Translations under genes and position numbers: made by a program
Part shown: in pieces, positions 19,002 through 28,966 of the stretch
How positions within the stretch are numbered: the first letter of the stretch is position 1
Layout of the letters: each line of letters opens with the position of its first letter
The notes under the pieces: model-generated
The model's input: only the letters and a program-made list of their open reading frames with translations
Database searches by the model: none
Told to the model about the DNA's origin: nothing
Assembly: GCA_964497095.1 (NCBI GenBank)
Contig: CAZCCL010000001.1
Location: forward strand, 348-64,347
DNA length: 64,000 bases
Direction: 5' to 3'
Source of the DNA: an uncultured Gaiellales bacterium
Lineage (GTDB): Bacteria > Actinomycetota > Thermoleophilia > RBG-16-64-13

Positions 19002-19016
19002 TTGCTAGAATAGCAA
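19002..19016 (+). promoter_or_regulatory. Extended -10 promoter element TGcTAGAAT embedded in palindrome TTGCTA-GAA-TAGCAA, 10 nt before the peptidase ATG (leaderless-type)
   Basis: AT-rich island in a GC-rich genome. The TGn-TAGAAT extended -10 sits in a perfect 6-3-6 inverted repeat. Confidence 0.35.
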
Positions 19017-19021
19017 GTTGT

Positions 19022-20197
19022 ATGAGCCTTACCCGGACACCGGAAGCGCATACACGGCGGGCCGTGAAGTGGGTTATCCCGTCCCTCCTCGCCTTGATGG
19101 CGCTCGTCTTCTTGCCGGCATCGCCCTGGCTCTCTCCTGCACAGGGCTCTACGCTCACGCAGAAACAGGCCGAGCTCAGAGAGGCCAGTGCCCAGCTCAG
19201 CAAGTTGCAGGACTCCCTGGACGAGCTGGCTGTGAACTACAACAATGCCGAGGTCCGGCTCGCCGCTCTCGACGACGCCATCGCGGAGATCGAGAACGAC
19301 ATCGCCCGCTCGGAGAAAGACTACGGGATCGCGCAGGCCCAGCTGGCGAAGCGTCTGGTAGACCTCTACAAGAACGGAGGCTCGGCCACTCCGGGATATC
19401 TGGAGGTCCTTTTCTCGGACAGCGATATGGGCTCCATCCTCCAGCGGTTCTCTCTGCTCAGCAAAGTGGCGGACGACGACCAGGAGCTCTTCGACGAGAT
19501 CAAGGCCCACATCCAGAAGTCTGAAGAGCGTCAGGCGACCCTCGCAGAGAAGAAGCAGGCTCAGGCCGCCCAGGTGAAGGAACTGCAGGCGCTTCAGGCC
19601 GAGATGAACGACAAGATGAAAGCCTCGGCCAAGGAGTATAGACGGCTCAAGAATCAGGTGGCGGCGCTCAAAGAGGCGGAGCGCAAGGCGGCCGAAGCTG
19701 CGGCCAGGGCCAAGGCGGCAGCTGCCGCGGCCGCCGCGGCCAAGAAGAGGAGCAGCAGCGGCGGAGGCAGCAGCGGCGGGACGGTGCAGTCCGGTTCTTT
19801 CGTGTTCCCAGTGGACGGGCCGCATAGCTTCACGGACACGTGGGGCGCGCCTCGTTCAGGCGGCCGCACGCACAAGGGTACCGACATCATGGCGCCGCAC
19901 GGGACCCCGGTGGTGGCCTGTGTGAGCGGGACCATCCTCCGCACCAATCCCACCAACAGCGGATTGGGGGGGATCACCATCTGGCTGCGGGGCAAGAACG
20001 GCTCCAGCTACTACTACGCGCACCTGGACGGCATCGCTTCCGGCATCCACGGGGGAGTCTCGGTGGGGGCCGGACAGACGATCGGGTGGGTCGGCTGTAC
20101 GGGGAACGCCAACGGCTGCTATCACCTGCACTTCGAGATACACCCCGGAGGCGGGGCGGCCGTCAACCCGTACGCGACCTTGCGGGCGGCCGACTAA
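19022..20197 (+). CDS. M23 family metallo-endopeptidase (murein hydrolase activator type) with N-terminal signal/anchor and long coiled-coil
   Basis: Hydrophobic N-terminus, about 200 aa of coiled coil, C-terminal LytM/M23 domain (HKGTDIMAPHGTPVVA…YAHL…GCTGNANGCYHLHFEIH). Confidence 0.8.
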   Translation: MSLTRTPEAHTRRAVKWVIPSLLALMALVFLPASPWLSPAQGSTLTQKQAELREASAQLSKLQDSLDELAVNYNNAEVRLAALDDAIAEIENDIARSEKDYGIAQAQLAKRLVDLYKNGGSATPGYLEVLFSDSDMGSILQRFSLLSKVADDDQELFDEIKAHIQKSEERQATLAEKKQAQAAQVKELQALQAEMNDKMKASAKEYRRLKNQVAALKEAERKAAEAAARAKAAAAAAAAAKKRSSSGGGSSGGTVQSGSFVFPVDGPHSFTDTWGAPRSGGRTHKGTDIMAPHGTPVVACVSGTILRTNPTNSGLGGITIWLRGKNGSSYYYAHLDGIASGIHGGVSVGAGQTIGWVGCTGNANGCYHLHFEIHPGGGAAVNPYATLRAAD

Positions 20198-20206
20198 CAA
20201 CTCGTT

Positions 20207-23200
20207 CTAAGACATCGCTTCTGCTACGAGCGCCTGTCCGTTTGAGTCCGGGCCGGTTCCCGGCTTCAGGATCACCCCGCGCTGATGCTTCCCGTCTATC
20301 TTGATGACCAAGGGGTGGGAGAAGTGGAGGTGCCGGACGAAGGCAGCCTCCTGCATAGACGACTGTCCCTCCAGCCATTCCCAATCGAGTATGCCCTCTC
20401 CGCTTTCCGGGTTGACCGTGAAGTACCCGACTCGGAAGGAGGTCAGGTTCTGGAAGAAGTGGCTGCCCTGGGAAGGGGTGACCTTGATGTCCTTCAGGCC
20501 TGATTCCACGATCACCCGGGCCCCGGAGATCTGCTCCCAGGTGACGGGGATGCCCAGCCAAGGATCGGCCGAGCCCCAGCGGCCCAACCCGATCAGGATG
20601 TAGGGGACGCCCCGGGCGGCCAATCCCGCGTTGAAGCGGGCGACCTCCATCGCGATGTCCTGGCATTTGGCCCGGTCGAAACTGGCGTGGTCCACCATGA
20701 CCACGTCTCTGATGTGCACAAGCGTGCCGTTACCGAGCACGCTGCTCGACCACACCAGCACCTTTTCCGGCTCGACGTCTTCGGTATCCAACTCCTCCGA
20801 CTCTCGGGACAGAGCCATGGGACGCATCTGCAGGAAGCCGAAATCTGCCAGGGCGTCGGTCGATTCGGGCAACTGGACGGCGAACTCTATCTCTACTTCC
20901 GTGTTCATCCCCCAGCGTCCCAACTCCAGCAGTCGGTCCAGCGCCGCGGGGAGGGGGACGCTGCGCTGCTTGAGGATGGGGGCAAAACTGACCAAGCGGA
21001 TGCCCGGCCGGGAGATGCCGTCGTAAACCGCGTCGTTCTCGGGCGAATAGGTGGAGGCGACCGGGCCCAGGGTGCCGTCGGTCTCGGCGACGGCCAGGGG
21101 ATGAGGCTGTTCGGTGGTCTCGTCGCTATTGCTGTGGAGTTCCAGAGCAATGAACTGCCGCTGCGAGTTGGCGAGCATGTCCTCGGGCGTCGAGAAGTGC
21201 ATGAGGTGCTGGGGATGGCGGGGGCTGAACGAAAGAGCCCGGCCCCCATCGACGACCGTGCGGCCGAGACCCAGCGCCATCGTCACCACCCCGTCCGCCG
21301 CCTCCAGAGGGGGAGAGGGGTAGAAGTTGTGCGAGCGGGCCACTCCGGCGAGCGACGGGTAGAAACGGGTCCCGTGCTGCGCTCCCACTAGCCTCTGGAC
21401 GATCACCGCCATCTTCTCTTCCTCCAAGAGGTATGGCGTGACTTTGAAGTAATTCTTGGCGTAGGTCAGGAAGGTGGAAGCGAAGACGCGTTTGACCGCT
21501 CCGATCAACTGACGGAGCCGGACCGCGCGTTCCGGGTGGTTGTTGGGCAGCATGTAAGTCTTGTACACGCCGGCCAGCGGCTGATACTGGGAATCCTCGA
21601 GCAGGCTGGACGAGCGGACCGCCAGGGGGTAGGGGACCAGGTCGAGGAAAGCTGCCAGTTTGCTCTCGATCTCCTCGGGGAACGAAGCAGCGAGGAACCG
21701 CTCCTCGATCCCCCGGTCGTCCTCGGTCCCCATCGCGAACGGACGGAGGTCGTTCTCTTGGAGAAAGCGGTCGAAGACGTCCGTGCCCAGCACTACGCAG
21801 GGGGGGACGGTTATCTGCATCCCCGGGAATTGCTCTATCACGCCGAAATCACGGAGTAGGTGGCGCACGAACGCTAAGGCTCTGGCCTTGCCGCCGAGCG
21901 ACCCCTCGCCGATGCGGGCGAAACTGTTCTCGGGATCGAAGGTGGCCGGGTCGAAATCGGTCACCGATTCCCTGGTCCGCTCGCGTCGGTAGGTGTCTAT
22001 CTGCTCGATGAGATAGCGGCGGCGGCTCTCGATGGTGTCGTAGTCGGCGGAAGTACGCGGCCGCAGGTGATGCGCCAAGCGGAACTCCGTGCGTGCCTTC
22101 AACCAGCGCGAGAAGTCGTTTCGCTCCGCATGCAAGGCGATCGATTCGGCCGGCACGGTCCGCAGCATCTCCAGCAGGCTCTTCATATCCTTGGCCCGGC
22201 CCACCGGGGTGCCGTCGGGCAGGCTAAAGACGAAGTCACCGAAGAAGAAGTTGTCCACCACGAACCGGCGGAGGTCTTGCAGGAGCGTCGGGGAGCCCTT
22301 CAGGAGAAAATCGGCTCCCATCTTCCGGGCCAGGGCTTCGCTCTCGGGACGGCTCGACTGGAGGAGGATGGGGATGTCCTTCCAGGCCTCCTTCACTCTG
22401 CGGGCGAACTCCATCCCCGCCTCGGGGTTCAAAGTGCCCTCTTGGGGGAACTCGATGTCGGAGATGACTCCGAGCACCTCCTCTTGATACGCGGAGAAAT
22501 ACTCCCATGCCTCCTCGAACGTGCTGCAGAGGAGGATCTTGGGGCGCGCCCGCATGCGGAGGATCTTGTGGGCCGTGTTGACGCCTTCGGCTATGAGGCT
22601 CTGGGAGTGGTGGATGATCTCCGTGTAGATCATGGGCAGGAAGGCAGAGTAGTAGCGGATGTTGTCCTCGATGAGGAGGATGACCTGGATGCCCGCCACA
22701 CCCGTGTCGTAGGCGACGTTCAGCTTGTCCTCGATGTACTTGGTGATGGCCAGGAGGATGCGGGAGTCCCCTTCCCAGAGGAAGATGCGCTCGATCTCCG
22801 AGGTATCGCGGTGAGACATGAACTCGGCCAGCTCGCCGCCGTCGTAGGCCAGGATGACCACGGGGATGTCGAGACCTGCCGCTCGGGCCTCGCGCGCCAA
22901 CTCGACGGCGTTCATGTCGCCCAAGTTCACCGCGCTTACGATGAGATTGAAGCGGCTCTCCGCCTTGGCCAGGGCGATGGCCTCGGCGCCGCTGGACACG
23001 TGGGTGAGCCCGGTCGTGTGGTGAAGGTTCAGGTCGAGGAACTCGCCCAGTAGCAACTCGCTCAGTTGGCCGTCTTCCTGCAGGATGAAGGTGTCGTAGG
23101 TGCTCGACACCAGGATGATGTTCTCAACCCGGCGGGCCATGAGGTACTGGAAGTCGTATGCGTGACTCCAGTCCAGCTTCATCGGCTGGGTCGCTTCGGA

Positions 23201-23236
23201 CATGTCCCGCGCGCCGGCCTCGATGGCTACCGGCAC
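20207..23236 (-). CDS. Large PEP/pyruvate-binding (PPDK_N-type ATP-grasp) domain protein with two N-terminal receiver-like domains
   Basis: C-terminal half has a PPDK_N-like nucleotide-binding signature (IGEGSLGGKARALAFV…VVLGTDVFDRFL…). The N-terminal half contains two CheY-like segments (…ILLIEDNIRYYSAF…VISDIEFP…). No swivel His domain is recognised. Confidence 0.5.
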   Translation of the reverse strand: MPVAIEAGARDMSEATQPMKLDWSHAYDFQYLMARRVENIILVSSTYDTFILQEDGQLSELLLGEFLDLNLHHTTGLTHVSSGAEAIALAKAESRFNLIVSAVNLGDMNAVELAREARAAGLDIPVVILAYDGGELAEFMSHRDTSEIERIFLWEGDSRILLAITKYIEDKLNVAYDTGVAGIQVILLIEDNIRYYSAFLPMIYTEIIHHSQSLIAEGVNTAHKILRMRARPKILLCSTFEEAWEYFSAYQEEVLGVISDIEFPQEGTLNPEAGMEFARRVKEAWKDIPILLQSSRPESEALARKMGADFLLKGSPTLLQDLRRFVVDNFFFGDFVFSLPDGTPVGRAKDMKSLLEMLRTVPAESIALHAERNDFSRWLKARTEFRLAHHLRPRTSADYDTIESRRRYLIEQIDTYRRERTRESVTDFDPATFDPENSFARIGEGSLGGKARALAFVRHLLRDFGVIEQFPGMQITVPPCVVLGTDVFDRFLQENDLRPFAMGTEDDRGIEERFLAASFPEEIESKLAAFLDLVPYPLAVRSSSLLEDSQYQPLAGVYKTYMLPNNHPERAVRLRQLIGAVKRVFASTFLTYAKNYFKVTPYLLEEEKMAVIVQRLVGAQHGTRFYPSLAGVARSHNFYPSPPLEAADGVVTMALGLGRTVVDGGRALSFSPRHPQHLMHFSTPEDMLANSQRQFIALELHSNSDETTEQPHPLAVAETDGTLGPVASTYSPENDAVYDGISRPGIRLVSFAPILKQRSVPLPAALDRLLELGRWGMNTEVEIEFAVQLPESTDALADFGFLQMRPMALSRESEELDTEDVEPEKVLVWSSSVLGNGTLVHIRDVVMVDHASFDRAKCQDIAMEVARFNAGLAARGVPYILIGLGRWGSADPWLGIPVTWEQISGARVIVESGLKDIKVTPSQGSHFFQNLTSFRVGYFTVNPESGEGILDWEWLEGQSSMQEAAFVRHLHFSHPLVIKIDGKHQRGVILKPGTGPDSNGQALVAEAMS

Positions 23237-23266
23237 CTCCTACTTGAGGGGTCTCGGACCGCCCCG

Positions 23267-24733
<1,467 letters not shown>

Positions 24734-25162
24734 TCACCCGGCCGACACGAGCAAGAGGGCGATCATCCCCAGAACGAGAACCAGTTGCACGGTCATGCCG
24801 ACCAGGGGACCGGCCTTGCCGTGAGGGAATCCCTTCCAGTGACTGGGGAACCAGCGCCTGCGCTTCGCGCCGGGTAGAAGCGCGTCGAACACGTCGAGGT
24901 CGGGGGCGGCGGAGACGATGGCGGCGACCAGCGCCCGACCGGGCAGGTCGAGAAGAAGGAAGAGCGCCGGGACGGCGGCGACGGAAACGGTGACGTCCAA
25001 GAGCGCCCACAGGGTGCGCCGGCGGTCGCGTGTGTAGTCCCAGTGGGGCACGAGGTCCAGCAGGAGATGCAGGAAGAGGGCGCAAACGACCGTGAGGACG
25101 ATCCCCAGAGGAACCCGAGCGCCCAGCGCAAGACCGGTCAAGGCGTGTACGATGACCCACAT
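24734..25162 (-). CDS. Small polytopic membrane protein (DUF457/YdjM-like?)
   Basis: 142 aa with three or four hydrophobic helices. Weak resemblance to LexA-regulated membrane hydrolase-like proteins. Confidence 0.35.
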   Translation of the reverse strand: MWVIVHALTGLALGARVPLGIVLTVVCALFLHLLLDLVPHWDYTRDRRRTLWALLDVTVSVAAVPALFLLLDLPGRALVAAIVSAAPDLDVFDALLPGAKRRRWFPSHWKGFPHGKAGPLVGMTVQLVLVLGMIALLLVSAG

Positions 25163-25245
25163 GCGTGGGATTCTAATGCGTCGGGAAAGGGAAGACTAAC
25201 GCGTTGCCCGCTTGAGTACTGTGGTTGTCTGTGCGGGAGTCGAAG

Positions 25246-26463
25246 ATGGAGCTTGTACAGGTCGATCGGGGACGGATCGAAGGCCTGCGCGAAGAGAGAC
25301 GGCGCGAGTCGTCTCCGATCATCGTGCCCGGCTTCTACTCCCGCCTGGCCGAAGAAGCCGTGGCCCACCTGGTGCAGGAGACAGGGCGAGATGAGGGATC
25401 CCCTGAGGACGTCGGCTATGTGCTTGCGGTCGAGAGGCCCCACGGCGGTCACACACACATCACGCTGGTAGAACTGTATGTGACTGCGGCTTATGGGACG
25501 CGCCTCGAGGACTTGCTCGACCTGGTCCGGGAGCATCTGAAGCCCACCGCCTACCTGGTCCGCACCGACGACTGCCGGCTGAATGCCACCCTCCTTGCCA
25601 GGGGACACCAGGTGGAGGCGGCCGCCTTGGTCATGCTGGCGGAGGAGGCGGGTGGTCCTGTCGAGGACGAGGCGGCGCCAACCCCGGCGGATGCCACGCT
25701 GGCCGCGTTCGGTCTTGAGCATTTGGTCGGGCTTCGAGAATTGCTGGAGGGCGCCGCCGGCGGGCAGAGAGAGGACGGTGGAGCGCACCATCACGAAGGC
25801 GGCGATCAGGCTTCGATGGTCGATCAACTGGATGCCTTGGCCCGGCAGGGACACAACTGGGTGCTGCTGGTGGGCGGGCGTCCTGTGGCCGTGGTCGCCC
25901 GGCTGGACGGAGGAGACGGGAGGCACGAGCTGCTCGACTTGGTCGTCGCCCGCGCCGACGAAGACGTCTTGGCCTGGGCCGTCGAGCGCTGCACGGACGA
26001 GCTGCGGAGGGAAGGCCGCCGGCCTGCCGCGGTCATCGATGCGGCTGAGCCCGCCCGGAGGCGTACCTTTCGAAAGGCCGGATACTACAGCGCCGCCGCC
26101 TACATGGTCTTCTACGATCCCGAGGCCGGCAGACCCAGTGTGGGCACGATGGCGGTGCAGGAACTGCGCGAACTCATGGACGGGCGGGAGCACTTCCGGC
26201 TAATCGATGTGCTCGGGGAGAAGCACTGGCGGGCGGGTCATCTCCCCGGATCCGAGTGGATGGACTTCAGGGGTCTGGCCCGGGAGGCTCGGCGCCGGTT
26301 CGAGGTCGACGAGCCCGTCATCCTCTACTGCGACGGCTTCACCTGAGAGGCGAGCGCGATCGCAGCTGATAAGCTGCGACAGTTGGGTTTCACGAACGTG
26401 CGCGATTTCGCCGGCGGCGTGGGCGAATGGGTGGCGGCCGGCTTCCCCTTGGAGGAGTCATGA
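25246..26463 (+). CDS. GNAT-like N-terminal region fused to C-terminal rhodanese domain; in-frame TGA (26344-26346) in the rhodanese active-site loop (…VILYCDGFT-TGA-EASAIAADKLRQLGFTNVRDFAGGVGEWVAAGFPLEES). Candidate selenocysteine; alternatively a nonsense pseudogene
   Basis: The reading frame continues for 38 codons after the TGA with canonical rhodanese C-terminal residues, then ends at a proper stop at 26461. Hairpin 13 nt after the TGA. ATG at 25246 with GGGAG RBS. Confidence 0.5.
26360..26379 (+). other. SECIS-like hairpin (7-bp stem TCGCAGC / GCTGCGA, loop TGATAA) starting 13 nt after the in-frame TGA of the rhodanese ORF
   Basis: Perfect inverted repeat read from the sequence. Same 13-nt offset as the selD hairpin. 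Confidence 0.4.
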
Positions 26464-27446
26464 AGGACTCGTTGGTGGACGGCGCGGCCGTGGAGCGGCT
26501 CCTGCTGTTCTCGGGCGCTCTGCGCGCCGGTCTGATCGACGCACTGGCGAACGGAGAAGCTTCGACGGTCGAGGAGGTTTCTCGAAGAGCGGAGACCGAT
26601 CCTCGGGCTACTCAGATCGTGCTCGAGGCTCTGGCGGCGGAAGGCGTGGTCGAGCGCCTGCAGGTGGAGCCGGCGACCACAGCGGAAGAAAGCGTCCGCT
26701 ACCGCCTCTCGGAGGTGGGGAGGGAGCATCTTCTCGGCGGCGGTGCGCAGGTGGAGCGCTTCGGTCTGATGCACCAGGTGAACAAGCTGCGGGGCTGGCT
26801 CGAGCTGCCGGAGGTCATCCGCACAGGACGGCCCGTGCCTCGTGATCCGGCCAAACGCGACGTCCGCACCATGGTGGGCGCGATGGGAGAGCGCGATCCG
26901 GCCCTGCTCGATGAGATCGTGGAGAGGTGTCTGGCCTATTCCGGTCCCATCCACACCATGTTGGACGTCGGGGGCGCCGTCGGTCACGTGGCCCGGCACT
27001 TCGCGCGCTGTGGCGTGCGTGCGACCTTGTACGACCGAGAGAATGTGATCCCGTTGGCTCGCGAGTTTCTGGGAGACGAGGGCGGTGACATCGCGCTGGT
27101 AGCAGGAGACTTCACCGAGTCTCTTCCCGCCGGGCCCTTCGACCTCGTCTACTTGGGCAATGTCCTTCACATCTACAGTCCGGCCACCAACGCGCGCGTG
27201 ACCCGGTCGGTCTTCCCGATCCTTCCTCCGGGGGGGACGATCGCCGTCCAGGACCACATGTGGGGACGGAGCCCCCGGGCGGCACGGTTCGCGGTGAACA
27301 TGCTACAGGCGACCGAGGAAGGTGGGGTCCGGACGGAGGCGCAGTACCGTGAGTGGCTGACGACGGCCGGGTTCGTGAAGATCGAGGTCTTGGACCTAGA
27401 GGCGGCCGCGGTGCAGCTCATCCTGGGCATGCGGCCGCGGATCTGA
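26460..27446 (+). CDS. SAM-dependent O-methyltransferase (class I MTase with N-terminal winged-helix dimerisation domain)
   Basis: N-terminal wHTH (…LIDALANGEASTVEEVSRRAE…) and Rossmann MTase motifs (MLDVGGAVGHVARHF…). ATG overlaps the rhodanese-ORF stop (ATGA) with GGAGGAG RBS. Confidence 0.75.
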   Translation: MKDSLVDGAAVERLLLFSGALRAGLIDALANGEASTVEEVSRRAETDPRATQIVLEALAAEGVVERLQVEPATTAEESVRYRLSEVGREHLLGGGAQVERFGLMHQVNKLRGWLELPEVIRTGRPVPRDPAKRDVRTMVGAMGERDPALLDEIVERCLAYSGPIHTMLDVGGAVGHVARHFARCGVRATLYDRENVIPLAREFLGDEGGDIALVAGDFTESLPAGPFDLVYLGNVLHIYSPATNARVTRSVFPILPPGGTIAVQDHMWGRSPRAARFAVNMLQATEEGGVRTEAQYREWLTTAGFVKIEVLDLEAAAVQLILGMRPRI

Positions 27447-27524
27447 GCGGGCGTGGGTAGGTTTACGAAAACGTCCTAGCGGGCAGCCCAGATTAGACTG
27501 TGGCTTCGAACCGAGGAGGTGATC

Positions 27525-27737
27525 ATGGGCAAGGTGCCGGACACGGAAGAGAACATGGCGAAGTGCATCTGCGGGGAATGCCCGTCGAAACCTCATGACG
27601 ACATGAGCTTCTACTGTGCCAAGGGCAAGAGTCGCCAACACGTGCGCCGCCGGGGCTGTGCCTGCGGTGACTGTCCGCTCTGGCCGGCATATGGGTTGAC
27701 CAAGGGTTACTACTGTGACGAAGGTGTGACCGAGTAG
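27525..27737 (+). CDS. Small Cys-rich protein, DUF2769 family (KCICGECP…GCACGDCP motifs)
   Basis: 70 aa with two CxCGxCP motifs plus extra Cys, characteristic of DUF2769. GAGGAGG RBS. Confidence 0.6.
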   Translation: MGKVPDTEENMAKCICGECPSKPHDDMSFYCAKGKSRQHVRRRGCACGDCPLWPAYGLTKGYYCDEGVTE

Positions 27738-27745
27738 GAGCGTGC

Positions 27746-28951
27746 ATGGAGCGATATCTACTAAGGGACGACATATGGTGGGCGGGTGCCATCGATTGGG
27801 ACGTCCGTGATTTCCACGGCTACGAGACCCCGCGGGGGACCACATACAACGCTTACCTGATCCTGGATGAGAAGGTGGCCCTGGTCGATGGCTGCCGGGA
27901 GGGCTTCGGCCCGGAGGTGTTGGCCCGGATCCGCGGCTGCTGTGGCATGCGCCCGGTAGACTACCTGGTCGTCAACCACGTGGAGCCCGATCATTCGGGG
28001 GCGATCCCCTGGCTGGTGGAGCGACTGAGACCTGAGCGGATCTTCTGCTCGAAGCGGGCGAGGGACGTGCTGGGCCTTTACTACGGGGCGGAGACGGTGG
28101 ACGGCTGGAATATCCAGACGGTCGCCACCGGGGACGAGGTCTCCCTCGGGCGCAACACGTTGCAGTTCATCGAAGCGCCCATGCTGCATTGGCCGGACAG
28201 TATGTTCACCTACGTCAGAGAGGCCAAGACCCTCCTGCCCAACGACGGTTTCGGCCAGCACCTGGCCACGTCCAAGCGTTTCGCCGACGAAGTCGACATG
28301 AGCTTGGTCATGGAGGAGGCCAGCAAGTACTACGCCAACATCCTCATGCCGTTCGGGGGACAGATCCAGAAGATGCTGGCCAAGATAGGCGAGCTGGGCC
28401 TGGAGATCGAGACGATCGGCCCCAGCCACGGGGTGATATGGCGCCGGCCCGAGGACGTGTCCCGCATCGTGGAGTCGTACGCTGCGTGGAGCGACTTCCA
28501 GGCGCCGGAGCGGGTGTCGCTGATCTACGACACCATGTGGCACGCCACCGAGCAGATGACCATGGCCATCGCGGACGGCGTGGCTCAGCAGGGAGTGGAC
28601 TGCGTGGTCGCCAGACTCAGCAGCAACCCCCGGTCCGAGATGGCACGCCTGGTTCTCGAGTCCAGGGCCTTCCTGGTGGGGTCGCCCACCCTGAACAACA
28701 ATATGTTCCCGACCGTCGGGGAATTCCTCACCTACATCAAGGGTCTCCGGCCGCGTAGGCGTGTGTCCGGCGCCTACGGCTCCTGCGGGTGGGCAGGAGG
28801 GGCGGTGAAGCAGCTCGACGCGGAGCTCACGGCCCTGGGTCTCGACATGGTGGAGCCCATCGAAGTCAAGTACAGGCCGAGCAAGGCCGAGTTGGAGACG
28901 TGCGTGGAACTGGGCCGGCAGGTGGCCCGCAAAGTCAGGACCACCGGATAG
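27746..28951 (+). CDS. Flavodiiron protein (FprA/rubredoxin:oxygen oxidoreductase type; metallo-beta-lactamase plus flavodoxin domains)
   Basis: …LVNHVEPDHSGAIPWL… di-iron site region. C-terminal flavodoxin-like domain (…FLVGSPTLNNNMFPTV…). 401 aa. Confidence 0.85.
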   Translation: MERYLLRDDIWWAGAIDWDVRDFHGYETPRGTTYNAYLILDEKVALVDGCREGFGPEVLARIRGCCGMRPVDYLVVNHVEPDHSGAIPWLVERLRPERIFCSKRARDVLGLYYGAETVDGWNIQTVATGDEVSLGRNTLQFIEAPMLHWPDSMFTYVREAKTLLPNDGFGQHLATSKRFADEVDMSLVMEEASKYYANILMPFGGQIQKMLAKIGELGLEIETIGPSHGVIWRRPEDVSRIVESYAAWSDFQAPERVSLIYDTMWHATEQMTMAIADGVAQQGVDCVVARLSSNPRSEMARLVLESRAFLVGSPTLNNNMFPTVGEFLTYIKGLRPRRRVSGAYGSCGWAGGAVKQLDAELTALGLDMVEPIEVKYRPSKAELETCVELGRQVARKVRTTG

Positions 28952-28966
28952 CGGGGGAGTAGAGGC

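Noticed and set aside
20195-20215. Short match (GTTCTAAG) to the conserved selD/Mo motif at the peptidase/PEP-protein convergent junction
   Set aside because: Only 8 nt shared, which is within chance expectation.
25163-25245. SOS box upstream of the DUF457-like membrane gene (TACTGT…CTGT, AACGCGTT)
   Set aside because: - Neither an E. coli-type CTGT-N8-ACAG nor a Cheo-type GAAC-N4-GTTC palindrome is present.
- This is only a chance resemblance.
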